A DNA stretch of 64,000 nt from Octopus vulgaris. Taxonomy: Eukaryota. Below are positions 13,864 through 29,067 of the stretch, one piece after another (positions within the stretch are counted from its first letter, which is position 1; every line of letters begins with the position of its first letter). The notes below the pieces were generated by a model. It did not search any database and was not told the DNA's origin. It was given only the letters and a program-made list of their open reading frames with translations. The stretch covers positions 15,438,001 to 15,502,000 of the forward strand of contig OX597824.1 in NCBI GenBank assembly GCA_951406725.2, in the 5' to 3' direction. The position numbers and the translations under genes are program-made.

Positions 13864-14245
13864 GGAAGCACTCCGTGAGTAACGACGACGAGGGTTCCGG
13901 TTGATCCGATCAACGGAACAGCCTGCCCGTGAAATTAACGTGTAAGTGGCTGAGCACTCCACAGACACGTGTACCCTTAACGTAGTTCTCGGGGATATTC
14001 AGCGTGACACAGAGAGTGACAAGGCCGGCCCTTTGAAATTCAGGTACAATAGAAACAGGAAGTAAGAGTGAGAGAAAGTTGTGGTGAAAGAGTACAGCAG
14101 GGATCACCACCATCCCTGCCGGAGCCTCGCGGAGCTTTAGGTGTTTTCGCTCAATAAACACTCACAACGCCCGGTCTGGGAATCGAAACCGCGATCCTAC
14201 GACCGCGAGTCCGCTGCCCTAACCACTGGGCCATTGCGTCTCCAC
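13864..14245 (-). mobile_element. SINE family C, full length, 12-bp target-site duplication
   Basis: acaccaatatgt at 13852-13863 and 14246-14257; tRNA-like head on the minus strand. Confidence 0.92.
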
Positions 14246-14969
14246 ACACCAATATGTACCACCTCCTCCAATATGTATCACTCGCTCCTGAATGTGTCTG
14301 CCTGCCTGCCTGCCTGTCTGTCTATCTCTGCCCCTTCCTCTCTCTCTCTCTCTCTCGCTCTCTCCTCCCTTTCAAGATAGCTTTCGTGAGATAAAATCCT
14401 TAAATTGTTTGGAATGAGATAATTATTCTTCAGCAAAATTATTCTTCAGTTTGTGCCGTGTGTTTTAGTGTTAGGTGGTAACCTCGGCTCACTTCCGAAG
14501 AGGATGCAATATGCGTTGCCGTTGCTGACAGTAGGTGCTTCTGTTAATCTTCTTCGACGTCTTTCGCTTTCACTCTTGGCCCTTACCTGGTTAAGTGAAA
14601 ATGTGTACTTGAAACAGTAGGCAAAACACACCGTACAGGCATTATAAAAGTAGGCTTGAATGAAAAGCGTTAGACGCCAGACAGTAGAAACTTTTTAAAT
14701 ATTTATATCAGTTTTAGCTGTTTACAATATGAAAGGAAGATCAGTGAAATAAACGGCAAATCAAAGTTTTTCTTCTACGAAGTCACATGACCGTCATTTC
14801 GAAATAGCAAAATTTCAATTCGATGCAAAATAAGATGTTGAATGATTTGATTGTATTTTGCATAATCAGCTCCTATCACATGGTTTAGGAATTTTTATCT
14901 TAGAGAGAGAAAAGAAGAAAGAGAGAGAGAGAAAGAGCGAAAGAGGGAGAGAGGGAGAGAGAGATAGAA

Positions 14970-15010
<41 letters not shown>

Positions 15011-15320
15011 GTGGGGAAGAAAGACAGCCACTTTAGAATACAAACCATCAAATTTTACGTCAATATGAAATAGAATTTAAAATGTCTAAAATGTGTTCTT
15101 CGGATATGTTTTGTATTAGTAGAAGATATTCCTGGAATTTCCTCCAATATCTCGCCTGGCTTTCCATATCTAAGAAATAAAAATAAAGAAAAAACAAAAC
15201 AAAATCTGATGATAGTTAAGGTGAAAATAATGATTTTTATCGTGCAAGTTGGTAAACTCTAAATATATGTTATGTAACTAAAATTTCTATTAATTCTTCA
15301 GGAAATATCAAAACGTTTTC

Positions 15321-15477
15321 AGGCGTAGGAGTGGCTATGTGGTAAGTGCTTACGAACCACATGGATCCGTGTTCAGTCCCACTGCGTGGCACCTTGGGCA
15401 AGTGTCTTCTACTGTAGCCTCGGGCCGACCAAAGCCTTGTGAGTGGATTTGGTAGACGGAAACTGAAAGAAGCCCGT

Positions 15478-15556
<79 letters not shown>

Positions 15557-15797
15557 ATTTTTGTACGTGTGTTTGTATATGTTTGTGTGTCTGTGTTTGT
15601 CCTCCCAACATCGCTTGACAACCGATGCTGATGTGTTCATGTCCCCGTAACTTAGCGGTTCGGCAAAAAGAAACCGATAGAATAAGTACTAGGCTTACAA
15701 AGAATAAGTCCTGGGGGTCGATTTGCTCGACTAAAGGCGGTGCTCCAGCATGGCCACACAGTCAAATGACTGAAACAAGTAAAAGAGTAAAAGAGTA
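15321..15797 (+). mobile_element. SINE family B, full length
   Basis: Head, internal (TA)n and tail aaaagagtaaaagagt. Confidence 0.9.
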
Positions 15798-16085
15798 TAA
15801 GAGTGCTTGTAGATTTTCATGCAGCTGGCAAGATCCCCGAGATCAGTGGAGACCCACCGACTTCAGGACACAACACAACAAGGAATATTGCAACGAATTA
15901 AAGAAAATTGTCCTGCCTGGCCCTCTATCAGCTGTAACAGTTCCACTGCTGCTTTAGTTCTCAATTACCTTCTTCAATTCCACAAAACGTCGGCTCTCTA
16001 CCACGAAAACCACGGGATATCGCTGACTGAATTAGCTATCTATTTATTTCAGGAAGGAAATAACTAGTTAATTTGTTTGGCTGGG

Positions 16086-16143
16086 GATAATAATAATAAT
16101 AATGATAATGATGATAATAATAATAATGATAATAATAATAACG

Positions 16144-16217
<74 letters not shown>

Positions 16218-16254
16218 AATAATAATGATAATAATGATAATAATAATAATAATG

Positions 16255-16318
<64 letters not shown>

Positions 16319-16394
16319 TAATAATAATAATGATAATAAAAATAATGATAATAATGATAATAATAATAATGATAATAATAATAATAATAATAAT

Positions 16395-16487
<93 letters not shown>

Positions 16488-16493
16488 AATAAT
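16086..16493. repeat. (AAT)n/(AAC)n microsatellite
   Basis: Direct reading. Confidence 0.95.
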
Positions 16494-17399
16494 GTCCTGC
16501 TTATTAGACAGGGGGAATAGATTTTTGAATGATAATCCTTCTTACAGCGGACGGAAGAATACAAACCACTCTAGATTCACAATCGTCACAAGACATCCCG
16601 TGCTTGTGGGGACCCCTGTGTTGCGCGTGTGAGAGCGATTGTGGCTGGCAATGATTAAACTGCCCTCGAGCGACGGACATTCTCAGAGCGAAGATCTTTC
16701 TACCCCATGCTGCAACTACGCGGCTGATTGCTTTCAAGAGGAAGTTATATAAATATGAGATTCAGTTAACCGTCATTTAGGTAATTTTTTGTCATTCACC
16801 CTCACTGAAGTAGCAGGGTGTGAGGTGACTTTGCCTGGGTCAAGTATTACTGATCCAACTGTACGCTTCTATATCACTCTGTAAGAGCTCAGCCGCCACC
16901 TGGTGAGCAATTCTCCAAGTATCCCAGACACGCTCCTACATCATGCCGCTGTTATACTTGCAGAGCCGCCCTCTCCCTCAATCCGTTAAATAGTTAAAAG
17001 ATGATTATTTTTACATTTCGTTCTTTTTTCTCACTTGGAAACAAAACAAAACAAAAAAAAAAACAAAAACAACTCAGCCTTAGTCGATAAATTAAGTTCT
17101 CGGTTAGCAGATTCGTCGAACAGGGTCTAGATTTAATTTTCGGTTGCATTGAGAAAGGGTATTACCACCACAAGAAGTTTGTGCAATTTCAGACATAAAA
17201 ATGGGCTTGTATTTCACTATTATTGCTATTATTGTAAGTCCTGGCGGAATGGTAAACTTAATGGGGTTATTTCTGAAAACTTTATCCAAAAAACCTGAAA
17301 GCGTAACCTGTGTTGTGTCTATATAATCTGCTAATCATTGAAAATTGAAAGAAATTGGAATACGATGATTACTTAAAACACTTTATATATACACTTTAT

Positions 17400-17520
17400 A
17401 GACGTAGGAGTGGCTGTGTGGTAAGTAGCTTGCTTACCAACCACATGGTTCCGGGTTCAGTCTCACTGCGTGGCACATGGGACAAGTGTCTTCTATAGTA
17501 GAAGACACTTGCCATTCATA

Positions 17521-17551
<31 letters not shown>

Positions 17552-17762
17552 ATATGTTTGTGTGCCGGTGTTTGTCCCCCCCCACAACATCGCTTGACAA
17601 CATATGCTGGTGTGTTTACGTCCCCATAACTTAGCAGTTCGGCAAAAAGACCGATAGAATAAGTACTAGGCTTACAAAGAACAAATCCTGGGGTCGATAT
17701 GCTCAACTAAAGACGGTGCCCCAGTATGGCCACAGACAAATGAATGAAACAAGGAAAAGAAT
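17400..17762 (+). mobile_element. SINE family B with internal deletion and fold-back
   Basis: Head and tail are intact; the middle is replaced by an inverted copy at 17483-17511. Confidence 0.85.
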
Positions 17763-18242
17763 ACTTTATGCACAATTTTATGGACTTAATACTCAACACT
17801 ATCCCTCTTTCTCTCTCAATCTTCGCCTTACTCTCTTTTTCTCTCTACTTTCTTTTCGTTCGCTTTTCACCTTTCCCTCCAACTAATTACGTGAAAGCGT
17901 TACAGACAGGCTAAGTAATGAATGAAAAAAAACTTAGTTAAAGAAAAAGAAAGTACAAATTTCATACGCAACATCCTCCCATTCCCTTTCCACTCCCGTC
18001 TCCTCACCCCTTCCCACCCCCGTCTCCCCACCCCTTCCCACCCCCGTCTCCCCATCCCCTATCTCCACCTCCCTTATCTCCTCCTCCCCTATCGCCCCGT
18101 CTTCACCCTCGCCAACCCTCCCCTTTCCACTAATTATATGGAAGCGTTACGGACAGGCTAAGTAACGGAGTGGCAAATAGAACTATTTTAAGATTCTTGT
18201 ACAGCTACTAGGTCGTCGATTCATCACGATGAATGCACATTG

Positions 18243-18738
18243 TATTATGATATCCGGAAAGTTCTGAGCGTTTTTAAGCTAAATCTTTTAACGCTTCATT
18301 GAATAGTTAAAACTCTGGCGTTGCTTGAAGTGGTAGGGTATCTCTTTCCTTGTTCCTGACTAAGAATAGATTTATCTTTCATTCCGGTTATCCTGTATTG
18401 ACATTTGAAATGGATAATCAAAAATTTCATATTCGCGTTGAAACGCTTTTCTCTTTTAAAAAAGGAGAAAACTGCAAAGATTTTCAAAAACAAGTTTATG
18501 GTGATGACGCCGTAGCTTGCAAAATTTAAAGCTGGAGAGTTTAGCTTGGAAGATGACAGTCGCAGTGGAGGACCTTCGAAATTGGATGAAGATGTTTTAA
18601 AGAAAATAATCGAAGAAAACTCAAATATCTCGACTAGAGAACTTGCAGAGGAATTGGAAGTTTCTAAAAGTACGGTTCATGAAATAAGTCCCGTTTTGCA
18701 TATTAAAAAACACTCAGAAATTTCCGGACAACCTAATA
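18243..18738 (+). mobile_element. Internally deleted mariner (terminal inverted repeats plus N-terminal HTH coding remnant)
   Basis: Left end tattatgatatccggaaagttctgagcg, right end cactcagaaatttccggacaacctaata, TA at both ends; EDDSRSGGPS...STRELAEELEVSKSTVHE. Confidence 0.88.
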
Positions 18739-19159
18739 TTTAGAAAAGCAGAAAATACTATCATATCTCCTCTACAGATCATGCTTATAATTCTGTAAGT
18801 GGTCTTGTTGTAAGGGAAGCAGATCGACGTAATCTTTAGAGCGTTTTGATATTATTCCAGATTTTGCATAGCGAATTCAAATTCCACCATTTTCAAATTT
18901 TCCGTTTTATCTCGCGTCGCTTTGCAACCGCGCTGCTTACGCTTCAGCCTCACTGGTGAGGACCTTGGGAAACTGTTATCTTGTACACTCTTGTCAGTGA
19001 ATCTGACTGTCGTAAGCTGTGCGGAATCCCATTGTGTATATATATAAATATATGAGAAAAATGCAGTTGTGGCCACAGATATACATGCATGCGTACATAT
19101 TTACATTTGTGTCAGGGCATATATGGGTATGTATAATAAACACACACACATACACATGC

Positions 19160-19246
<87 letters not shown>

Positions 19247-19296
19247 CAAAAGCTGTCTGATGAACGGCAACGAGAAACTCAGAGTAACAGATTTTG
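19247..19296 (+). ncRNA. Minimal type-I hammerhead ribozyme motif in a ~78-bp insert within (TA)n
   Basis: caaaagctgt-CTGATGA-a cg gcaa cg a-GAAA-ctc a gag-TA-acagattttg; stem I pairs 9 of 10; first stem II pair is A:A. Confidence 0.7.
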
Positions 19297-19322
19297 TTGA
19301 ATTTTCTGCTGCTTTAAATAAA

Positions 19323-19393
<71 letters not shown>

Positions 19394-19861
19394 CATACAC
19401 ATGTACATACATGCATAGATATGTATATATATATATATATATATATATCTGTATGTATATATACATATGAATATTAGCATTCCTGGCATTCCGGAACTCT
19501 GAAGGAGACAGATGATTGGAAATACGCTATTTGAGAGAGTTCCCAGGATGGAGATTTTCGGACCATGCTTGCATTTTAGAAAATTTCTTTTGGAATCCGC
19601 ATGGCGGCGCCCTTACCGGAAACCAATAGCCAAGCCCGAAGGGAGACAATCGTTTACTTTATTGGTGCTTTGGTGACCGCAGATGGCAGTGCGGCCGAAG
19701 ATCGATGGACAATGGCAAAAGGAGATAATCACATAGAGTTTTACCCTTAAAACCGAAACTTTACCCTCCACCTATATTTTAAAAACTCGCAGGCCAGTAG
19801 TGTTTGGGATCTGAAAATATGCTGTAAGGCATACGCGCGAGAAACCCAGGGTAACCCCATG

Positions 19862-20815
<954 letters not shown>

Positions 20816-20823
20816 CTTGAACA

Positions 20824-20893
<70 letters not shown>

Positions 20894-21897
20894 TAAATAT
20901 AAATTTATAAGGACAACAAAAATGAGCAAGTTGAACAACAATGGACAGTAAGAGACGGCAGACACCAAAGTTAGCGATACAGGGAAATAGGTTTCGATGT
21001 GGAGGCCATTAACTGCCGTTCTTACTTCTTATAAATAATATACCAATTAATGGAACATCTGAATATATTTAAATAATTTTTATGAATCTATGAATGAAAT
21101 TAATTTCTGCTTTAACACTTTAATCGACCAGATTTCACAGCCACGTCGTTTCGACACATCAGTGCAGTACCTCACCTCACCCCGCCTCACATCACCTCAC
21201 CTCGCTTCATCTCACCTCACCTCACCTCTCCACCAATTCACATCGCTGCTATTTCACCAGCATACAACCGCCGCCACCGCCACCGCCTCCGCCGCCTCCA
21301 TCTCCGCCGCAGTCAGCGCCATCATGTTTTTCCACTTCCACGCCATTACTTGCGACTATGCTAGCGAAAATGGCTTCTGCTCTTCTTTTGTGTTGTTTCC
21401 TAAAAGCCTCCGAGGCTGTTTCTGTTCTAAATTGCTGAGATGATATTAAAAATACGATACACTCATATCGTATAAAGACGACAAGATTTCCCCACTTAAT
21501 AACAACTTAATAGATAAGCGAATTCGTAATTATCCGGGGTCCAAATATTAGATTAGTATTCGCTAGATTACAAATAGACCTTACGGGTCTATTTGTGGTG
21601 GTCAGATAGATAATCTATACATTTATGTATGAGTATGTTTATATGTATTTGGTGGATATTTGTTCAATCGACGTGTTTGAGGGTGTATCTGTGTTCCTGT
21701 ATGTGTGTGTGTGAGAGAGAGAGAGATAGAAAGGTGAGTGAGAAAGAGGGAGAAAGAGAATTAAAGATGTGCGTGGGTATATCTATAGCTCTCACGAACA
21801 AACATTCGTGTGCATGCATATGTATATGCGTGTATAATTTGTGTGCATGCGAAAGTATGTGTGCATATATATATCAGTATGTATAATCATGTATTTG

Positions 21898-21969
<72 letters not shown>

Positions 21970-21982
21970 TATGTATAAGCAT

Positions 21983-22023
<41 letters not shown>

Positions 22024-22099
22024 TAGATAGATAGATAGATAGATATATCAGTATGTATAAGCATGTATATGTGTGTGCGTGTGTGTATCTATCTATCTT

Positions 22100-22172
<73 letters not shown>

Positions 22173-22698
22173 ATATGTAATACTATGTATAAATATGTTA
22201 GTATATATGTATGCATAAACGTTCGTTTTATATGTATAGATATATATATGTATATGTTTGCATGTATGTATATACATATGCTTATCAATCAATCAATCAA
22301 TCTATTTATCTATCTATCTATCTGTCTATCTATCTAGCTATCTGTCTGTCTGTCTGTCTCTTTCTCTCTCTCTCTCTCACTCTTACATATATATATATAT
22401 GTACACACACACACACACACACACATCTATATATATATATGAATGGATGGGTGTATGCATACATACTTTGAGAAACAGATATATTATATCTTCCTTCTAA
22501 TAGATACGTAAGCATCTGTTTCTATAGGTATAAAGATAACTGTATGCCAATATGCTTAAGCTATATTAATATTCTGAATCAGGTGACAGATTATGGCTTA
22601 TAGGGAGGTGTAGATATATACAATTGCACATACACATGTGGCTATATACTTTAACATTTATTCATGTATGTATGTATGCATGCATGTATATATGTATG

Positions 22699-22729
<31 letters not shown>

Positions 22730-23041
22730 CTCTCTCACTCTCTCTCTCTTTCTCTCTCTTTCTCTCTCTATCTGTCTATCTGTCTATCTATCTATCTTTG
22801 TACTGCACATACAAGTACGAACCTGTACAAATTTACACACACACACACGCGCACACACACGCGCACACACACGCGCACACACACACTCACACACTCACAC
22901 GCACACAAACACACACACAAACACCCATAGACTCACAGACACTCATACACACACACACACACACACATAGTGTAAAGAGTAATTTAGAACAAATGTGTTT
23001 ATCTGTTTAGTATGAATATATATGATTATGTGTATACCTAT

Positions 23042-23076
<35 letters not shown>

Positions 23077-23691
23077 CATACACACATACACATACACAAC
23101 TATAGTCATGTGTAGCATGCCTTAACAGCCTATTCTAAGCAGCTCAAAATTACAATCTTAATATTGTAAACATCAATGTAGACAGAGTATGTCGTATTAT
23201 TAGGTTTAAATTAAACTGCGACTTATTAATGCCTACAATCATTTACATATATTACTTAACTAAGTGCTTAATTATAGAATTTTAATTGGACACGTTCAGC
23301 TTAATGTAAAATACGATCCGACACAATTTACATAGATTATCGAACGATACTGCACATTATGAGGTTTTGATGTTCATGCTGGCGATTATGAGGTTTTGAT
23401 GTTCATGCCGGTCCGGTTTGCGTAACTGCGAGTCACTTGAAACTGAAAGAAAAACACAGAAGGCATGTTCTATAGACCTACAGTGGTAAACGGCACAAGG
23501 GTATCAGTATTTTTACTGTATGTCTATACTACAGTATTGTTCCTATTAGTATATCTACGTTAAGTAAGGTATATAGATTGCTTTTCGGTAATAATGCTGC
23601 TGCCGTCGATAACAACAGGTAATTGAATCTTATTGCTGACAAATGGAATTCATTGTCACAGAACACGAAAGCTCAACTAGAGTAAGTCTAC

Positions 23692-24109
23692 CTATTTCTT
23701 TACTACCCACAAGGGGTTAAACACAGAGAGGACAAACAGGGACAGACAGACGGATTAAGTCGATTACATCGACCCCAGTGAGTAACTGGTACTTAATTTA
23801 TCGACCCCGAAAGGATGAAAGGCAAAGTCGACCTCGGCGGAATTTGAACTCAGAACGTAGCGGCAGACGAAATACCTATTTCTTTACTACCCACAAGGGG
23901 CTAAACACAGAGTGGACAAACAAGGACAGACAAATGGATTAAGTCGATTACATGGACCCCAGTGCGTAACTGGTACTTAGTTTATCGACCCCGAAAGGAT
24001 AAAAGGCAAAGTGGACCTAAGCGGATTTTGAACTCAGAACGTAGCGGCGGACGAAAAACCGCTAAGCATTTCGCCCGGCGTGCTAACATTTCTGCCAGCT
24101 CGCCGCATT
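23692..24109 (-). mobile_element. Dimeric SINE family A with 18-bp target-site duplication
   Basis: aactagagtaagtctacc at 23675-23692 and 24110-24127; the ~185-bp 3' part is duplicated in tandem. Confidence 0.92.
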
Positions 24110-25082
24110 AACTAGAGTAAGTCTACCACCCTCACTGTCATACACCATCATCAACGTCAACCCACGGACATCACTGTCTCGTGTTCTTACACTCCTAAGA
24201 CCAGTTACTCGGTCTCCATAGTTACTGAGAACATGACAGTCTGTCTCAGAATCACATATATGCATATAAAAGAGACACCTATACACATATAAAAAAAAAA
24301 TTATGGATCTCCATCAGTTTCGACGCTGAACTGTCCCTTGTGTTGAACTATGCTTTGTATTGAATAATGGTGAAAGCAGCTGAGTATTTCACAGAATCTT
24401 GCAACATAATATAATCCTCAAGTTGAGGATGGTGAGTGACAAGGCCGCATCTTTGCATAATAGGCTGCCATTCTTGTGTTATTGTGTGAGAACGTGTTCT
24501 TTAGACATAAGTATACTTAATGTAGCCCTCGAGTGGAGTCAGCGTATGGCAAGACTGTCCCCCTCAATTAAAGGTCAGCTTCATATGGCGAGCTTCCACA
24601 CAGTTTCCGCTGACGTAATTTAAATCATAACCCCAAGCTTAACCCATGCTATAATTATTTCTACCATTGGCTTGAACTTTTGGAGGCGGGGAGGGGTAAT
24701 CGATTATATCTACCGATTGGGGTCAACTGGTACTTATTTTATAGACCGGCGTGTATATGACAGCTGTATTAACACTAGCATCCTCTTGCCACTCCATATT
24801 TGTCGCTTGCAGAGAACACTGCACTCCCCTCCCCTGATATCAATCACACTCACTCCGCTACTGCATTTTCCAGAGACTAATACTTTTTGCACCCTTCTCA
24901 TTTTATATAATTCACCCAGCTCCACGAGGGGGCACATTAGAGATTTTTTATTGAAATCTAGTTACCCTATTATTGATCTGAATGTTAATGTAACATGTAT
25001 GCAAAGTTTTGGTGAATATTGGTCTGCTGGTTTAGGCAGTAAGGTGGCAATAGACAAATGGAAAGATTGCTATTTATATAGA

Positions 25083-25150
<68 letters not shown>

Positions 25151-27452
25151 GTATATATATATATATATACATACATATATATATACATATACATATATAT
25201 ATACATACACACATAAGTATATATATATATATATATACATATATATATACATACACACACACACACATATATATATAGCACTCTTTCTCTCTTTCACAAG
25301 GACGGAAGAGATCAATCGATCTTTTAACACATATGGATGGGTATTGCTCTCTACTTTAGAGTAACCTATTTTTTTTTGCTGGTGGTGCCCCAGCTTGGTC
25401 ACAGCCTTAGGGCTGAAACATGTAAAAGAATATATATATATATTGTACTTTCTTCTTTGATGGGGGAAGAAGTATAATTATATAGCGGTAGCTCAATTTT
25501 TATCACTTTTTATCTTGTTTCTGCATCAAGTTTTTTTTTTTTTTCAAATATAGGGAAAACATTACACGAATTCATTTTCCCAACACCCTCTTAAGACGAT
25601 TTTTTGTTTGTTTTTTGTTGAAATTTAAGTACGAAATCCTTAAGCATCTTTTAATCTGTTAGATATTAGACATTGAAATAACATAGAACCCATATTATTG
25701 GGTTCCTATTCAACTCCAACAAAACGTAGATATTGATAGTTTGGGGACTGTCACTAGTAGCCCTGTCTGCAAAGACAGCTATCCTACGTGAAAACATCTC
25801 GATGACATACATTCCACTAGAACAACAATAGACCTTTAACCAATGTTAAAATCCATAGTAACAATGAACAATAAACAATATGATAGTAGTGGACTCTATA
25901 AACCCTATTCGGAGCATAATGCCTTACACTTGAGCTGCACTTTAAAACATTTGCTTTCTTTTGCTCTGTTATTCACCACACAAATCAGCTGAAATTGTTC
26001 GTTTCTTAACGGGTGGTTTATGGGTTTGGCCGAGGTATAGTAGTTGTTATATTTTGGGAGGGGTTTATTTCGGTATATTGTTTACTTGTTAAATATAAGG
26101 AGGGTTTTCTTAATTAGTTTACTGATTAAATAGTGACGATGCTTGTTCTCATTCTGATGAGTGTTTCTCTTCTGATACACAATCATTTTGATCCCAGTTC
26201 TGCTGACGGCTCATGCATGTATAAGTCTGCCTGTGCTAGTAGTTTGTATGTATGTGTTTGAATATTTGCATATGCCATGCATATGTGTGTTTTCATATGT
26301 TCCATGTGATGGTTATACATACAAATGCATAAATTCATTTAGGAGCGCATACTTTTTTAAAGAACCCGCAAACATTGAACAAATAGCATTAAAGAGCGAA
26401 CGTTACATAGAATTGTTGTTTGCTCATTCGAAAACGAAGATGGACGATGATTCAATCATTGAACAAGGGAAACAAAAGAACACACACAAAAATGTCATAT
26501 CCTTTATGACTCAGACAAAGATTCACTCAGCAAACAAAAGCTAAATGCTGTTTGAATTTCAAGGACGATACGATCCAAAGTATGGCATCAGAAATATAAT
26601 TACAAAGAAGGAAGACAGATAAGAGATACCACTTAGAGAAATATTATCATGGCTACAGAAAGAGAGAGACAGTGTAACATTTATTAGATAGTAGCGAATA
26701 GGTACTGACTACCAAATGGCTAAACCAAGGTACCAAATATTTACTCGATAATCAAAAGTGGTTGATATATAATATTCAAAACTGATGGGACAAATACGTG
26801 TCTTCATTGCAGAATAGTTCTCTCTCTCTCTTACTTTCGCTGTCTCTCTCCCCCTCTCCCTCTCCGTATATGTGTATGTATGTATGTATGTATGTATGTA
26901 TGTATGTATGTATGTATGTATGTATGTATGTATATATATATACATATGTGTGTGTGTTAGATGTCTATAATGTGTAAATATATATAATGTATATGCAATG
27001 TGTATATATAATCCATATATGTATATATATGATTCATACATATATACATACATACTATCATACATATATATATACATACACACACACACGCACACACATA
27101 CATACATACACACACGCACACACACACACGCACACACACGCACACACACACACATATATATACGGTCCTAATGAGGTACCTCAATTTAAGTACCTAATTC
27201 AACTGAATCATATATATATATATAAAATGGTAGAGAGTCCCACGGATAAATAGATAGATATATGATAGATAGATAGACACATAGATAGATAGACAGATAG
27301 ATAGATAGATAGATAGATAGATAAATAGATAGACGATAGATAGATAGACGATATACAGAGATAGATAGATAGATAGACAAATAGACAGATAGATAAAGAT
27401 AGATGGATGTATAGATAGATAAATAGATAGATAGACGATAGAGAGATGTAAA

Positions 27453-28555
27453 GATATGTTTCTTTATTAGCCACACAGGGCTGCACACAGATGGAACAAA
27501 TTACAAGGTAGAGCTTTTCTTTTGAAGGTTTAAAAAAAAAAAAAAAAAGGAAGGGGGAGTTTCGATCAAAGGGGATCGTAAAAGGAGAGAAAGAGGACAA
27601 AAAAAAGGGGGGTTAAAAAAAAAAGGGGGAGAGGAAAAAAAAAAAATTGATCAATAGGGATCGTTATCACAGAAATGTCAATATGAAGTGTAAAGGGGAG
27701 GACAGGTGAGGTTTACCCGTGGAAAGAAAAGCCTACGGAAAAGACCACGGTAACCTCGGTCAATGAAGTCACATTTTATATTTCTTTTTTTTTTTTTTTT
27801 TTTTGCAAATAAGCAACTCTCTGTTTTCGATTTCTGGGTTCATAGGACTATGCTCAAGGTGGCTTCGTCATTCATACGTGCCATTCTTGCTACATTCACC
27901 CATCTTTTTTTAAAACATTCGCTAGACAAAACTTGCCTCTCTACTCTCACTTTCCTTTTCAAGTGGTACTTGAAGAAGTTGATGAGAGATTGACCAGAGA
28001 GGAAAGTGTTTGTCTCCAATCCTTTCAGACGCGTCCACCAGATACATTCTTTCGCCATAGCCACAAGGATGATGAAAATAGCTCTTCCTTCCCGTTTGAA
28101 GGAAGGAGGCGTGACAATATTGACGATAGACTCAGCTGATAAACCGACTCGTCCCACACGTGACAGCAGTTGTTCGACATAAGCCCACAGGTCGGAAATT
28201 GTTGGGCACTGAACGAGTGCGTGCAGAACGGTTTCGTCGCTCTGACCGCATCTCGGGCAGGTCGGCCCCGTGTTTCTCGAGCCGTGTCTGTAGAGCTTAT
28301 CCCGAACGGGTAGCGCTTCTCGGTAGCACTGCCAGGCCAGGGATCTCTGGAAGTTGTCCATGGGCCCTGGCCCGAAGGTCGTCCTGAACAGGCGGGTCAG
28401 GTACTCCTCGTCGACGTCCAGGTTCGCCCCGAGCTCGTCGTCGTACCTCCCCTCCACTAAACCCCTATAGAATGCTTTGGTTGTGTTGAAGTCACTTAAG
28501 GTCGACCCAGGACGGCAGAGTTGCTTGAGAGCAACGCGACACTCGCGGTGCCAGT

Positions 28556-28557
<2 letters not shown>
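27453..28557 (-). mobile_element. 5'-truncated Tx1/L1-type LINE (ORF2 C-terminus plus 3' UTR) in (GATA)n
   Basis: ORF 27840..28457: AWQCYREALPVRDKL...CPRCGQSDETVLHALVQC (CCHC, zf-RVT-like); AATAAA near the 3' end; GATA arrays on both sides. Confidence 0.9.
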
Positions 28558-28638
<81 letters not shown>

Positions 28639-28650
28639 AATAGATAGATA

Positions 28651-28910
28651 GATAAGTTTCTTTATTGGCCACACAGGGCTGCACACAGATGGGACAAGTT
28701 ACAAGGTAGAGCTTTTCTTTTGGGGGATGAAGAGAACAAAAAACAAAAGAAAAAAAGGGGGTGGCGTAGGTTTTCGATCAAGGGCGATCGTAAAAGGGAA
28801 GAAAAGGACAAAAACAAAAAAATTGAATAAAATAAAAAGAATAAAAAGAAAAAAAACAAAAGGAAAGAGAAATGAGAAAAGAAGAAAAAAGGGGAAAAAA
28901 AGGGGAAGGG
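28651..28910 (-). mobile_element. Short 3'-UTR copy of the same Tx1-like LINE
   Basis: gtttctttattggccacacagggctgcacacagatgg...; flanked by (GATA)n. Confidence 0.85.
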
Positions 28911-28933
28911 GATAGATAAGGGGATAGATAGAC

Positions 28934-28984
<51 letters not shown>

Positions 28985-29005
28985 CAGATATATATATATA
29001 TATAT

Positions 29006-29067
<62 letters not shown>

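Noticed and set aside
14170-14245. tRNA gene
   Set aside because: It is the head of a multi-copy SINE with a target duplication, as are 29517 and 59493.
14376-14436. Minus-strand CTGAAGA...GAAAGCTA hammerhead candidate
   Set aside because: Stems I and II do not pair.
23356-23411. 29-bp tandem duplication; also the 15-bp repeat at 37522-37562
   Set aside because: Ordinary local duplications with no further structure.
26154-26190. CTGATGA-gtgt...acac hammerhead start
   Set aside because: No GAAA, stem III or stem I partner. Candidates at 15206, 15295 and 34752 fail on stem pairing.
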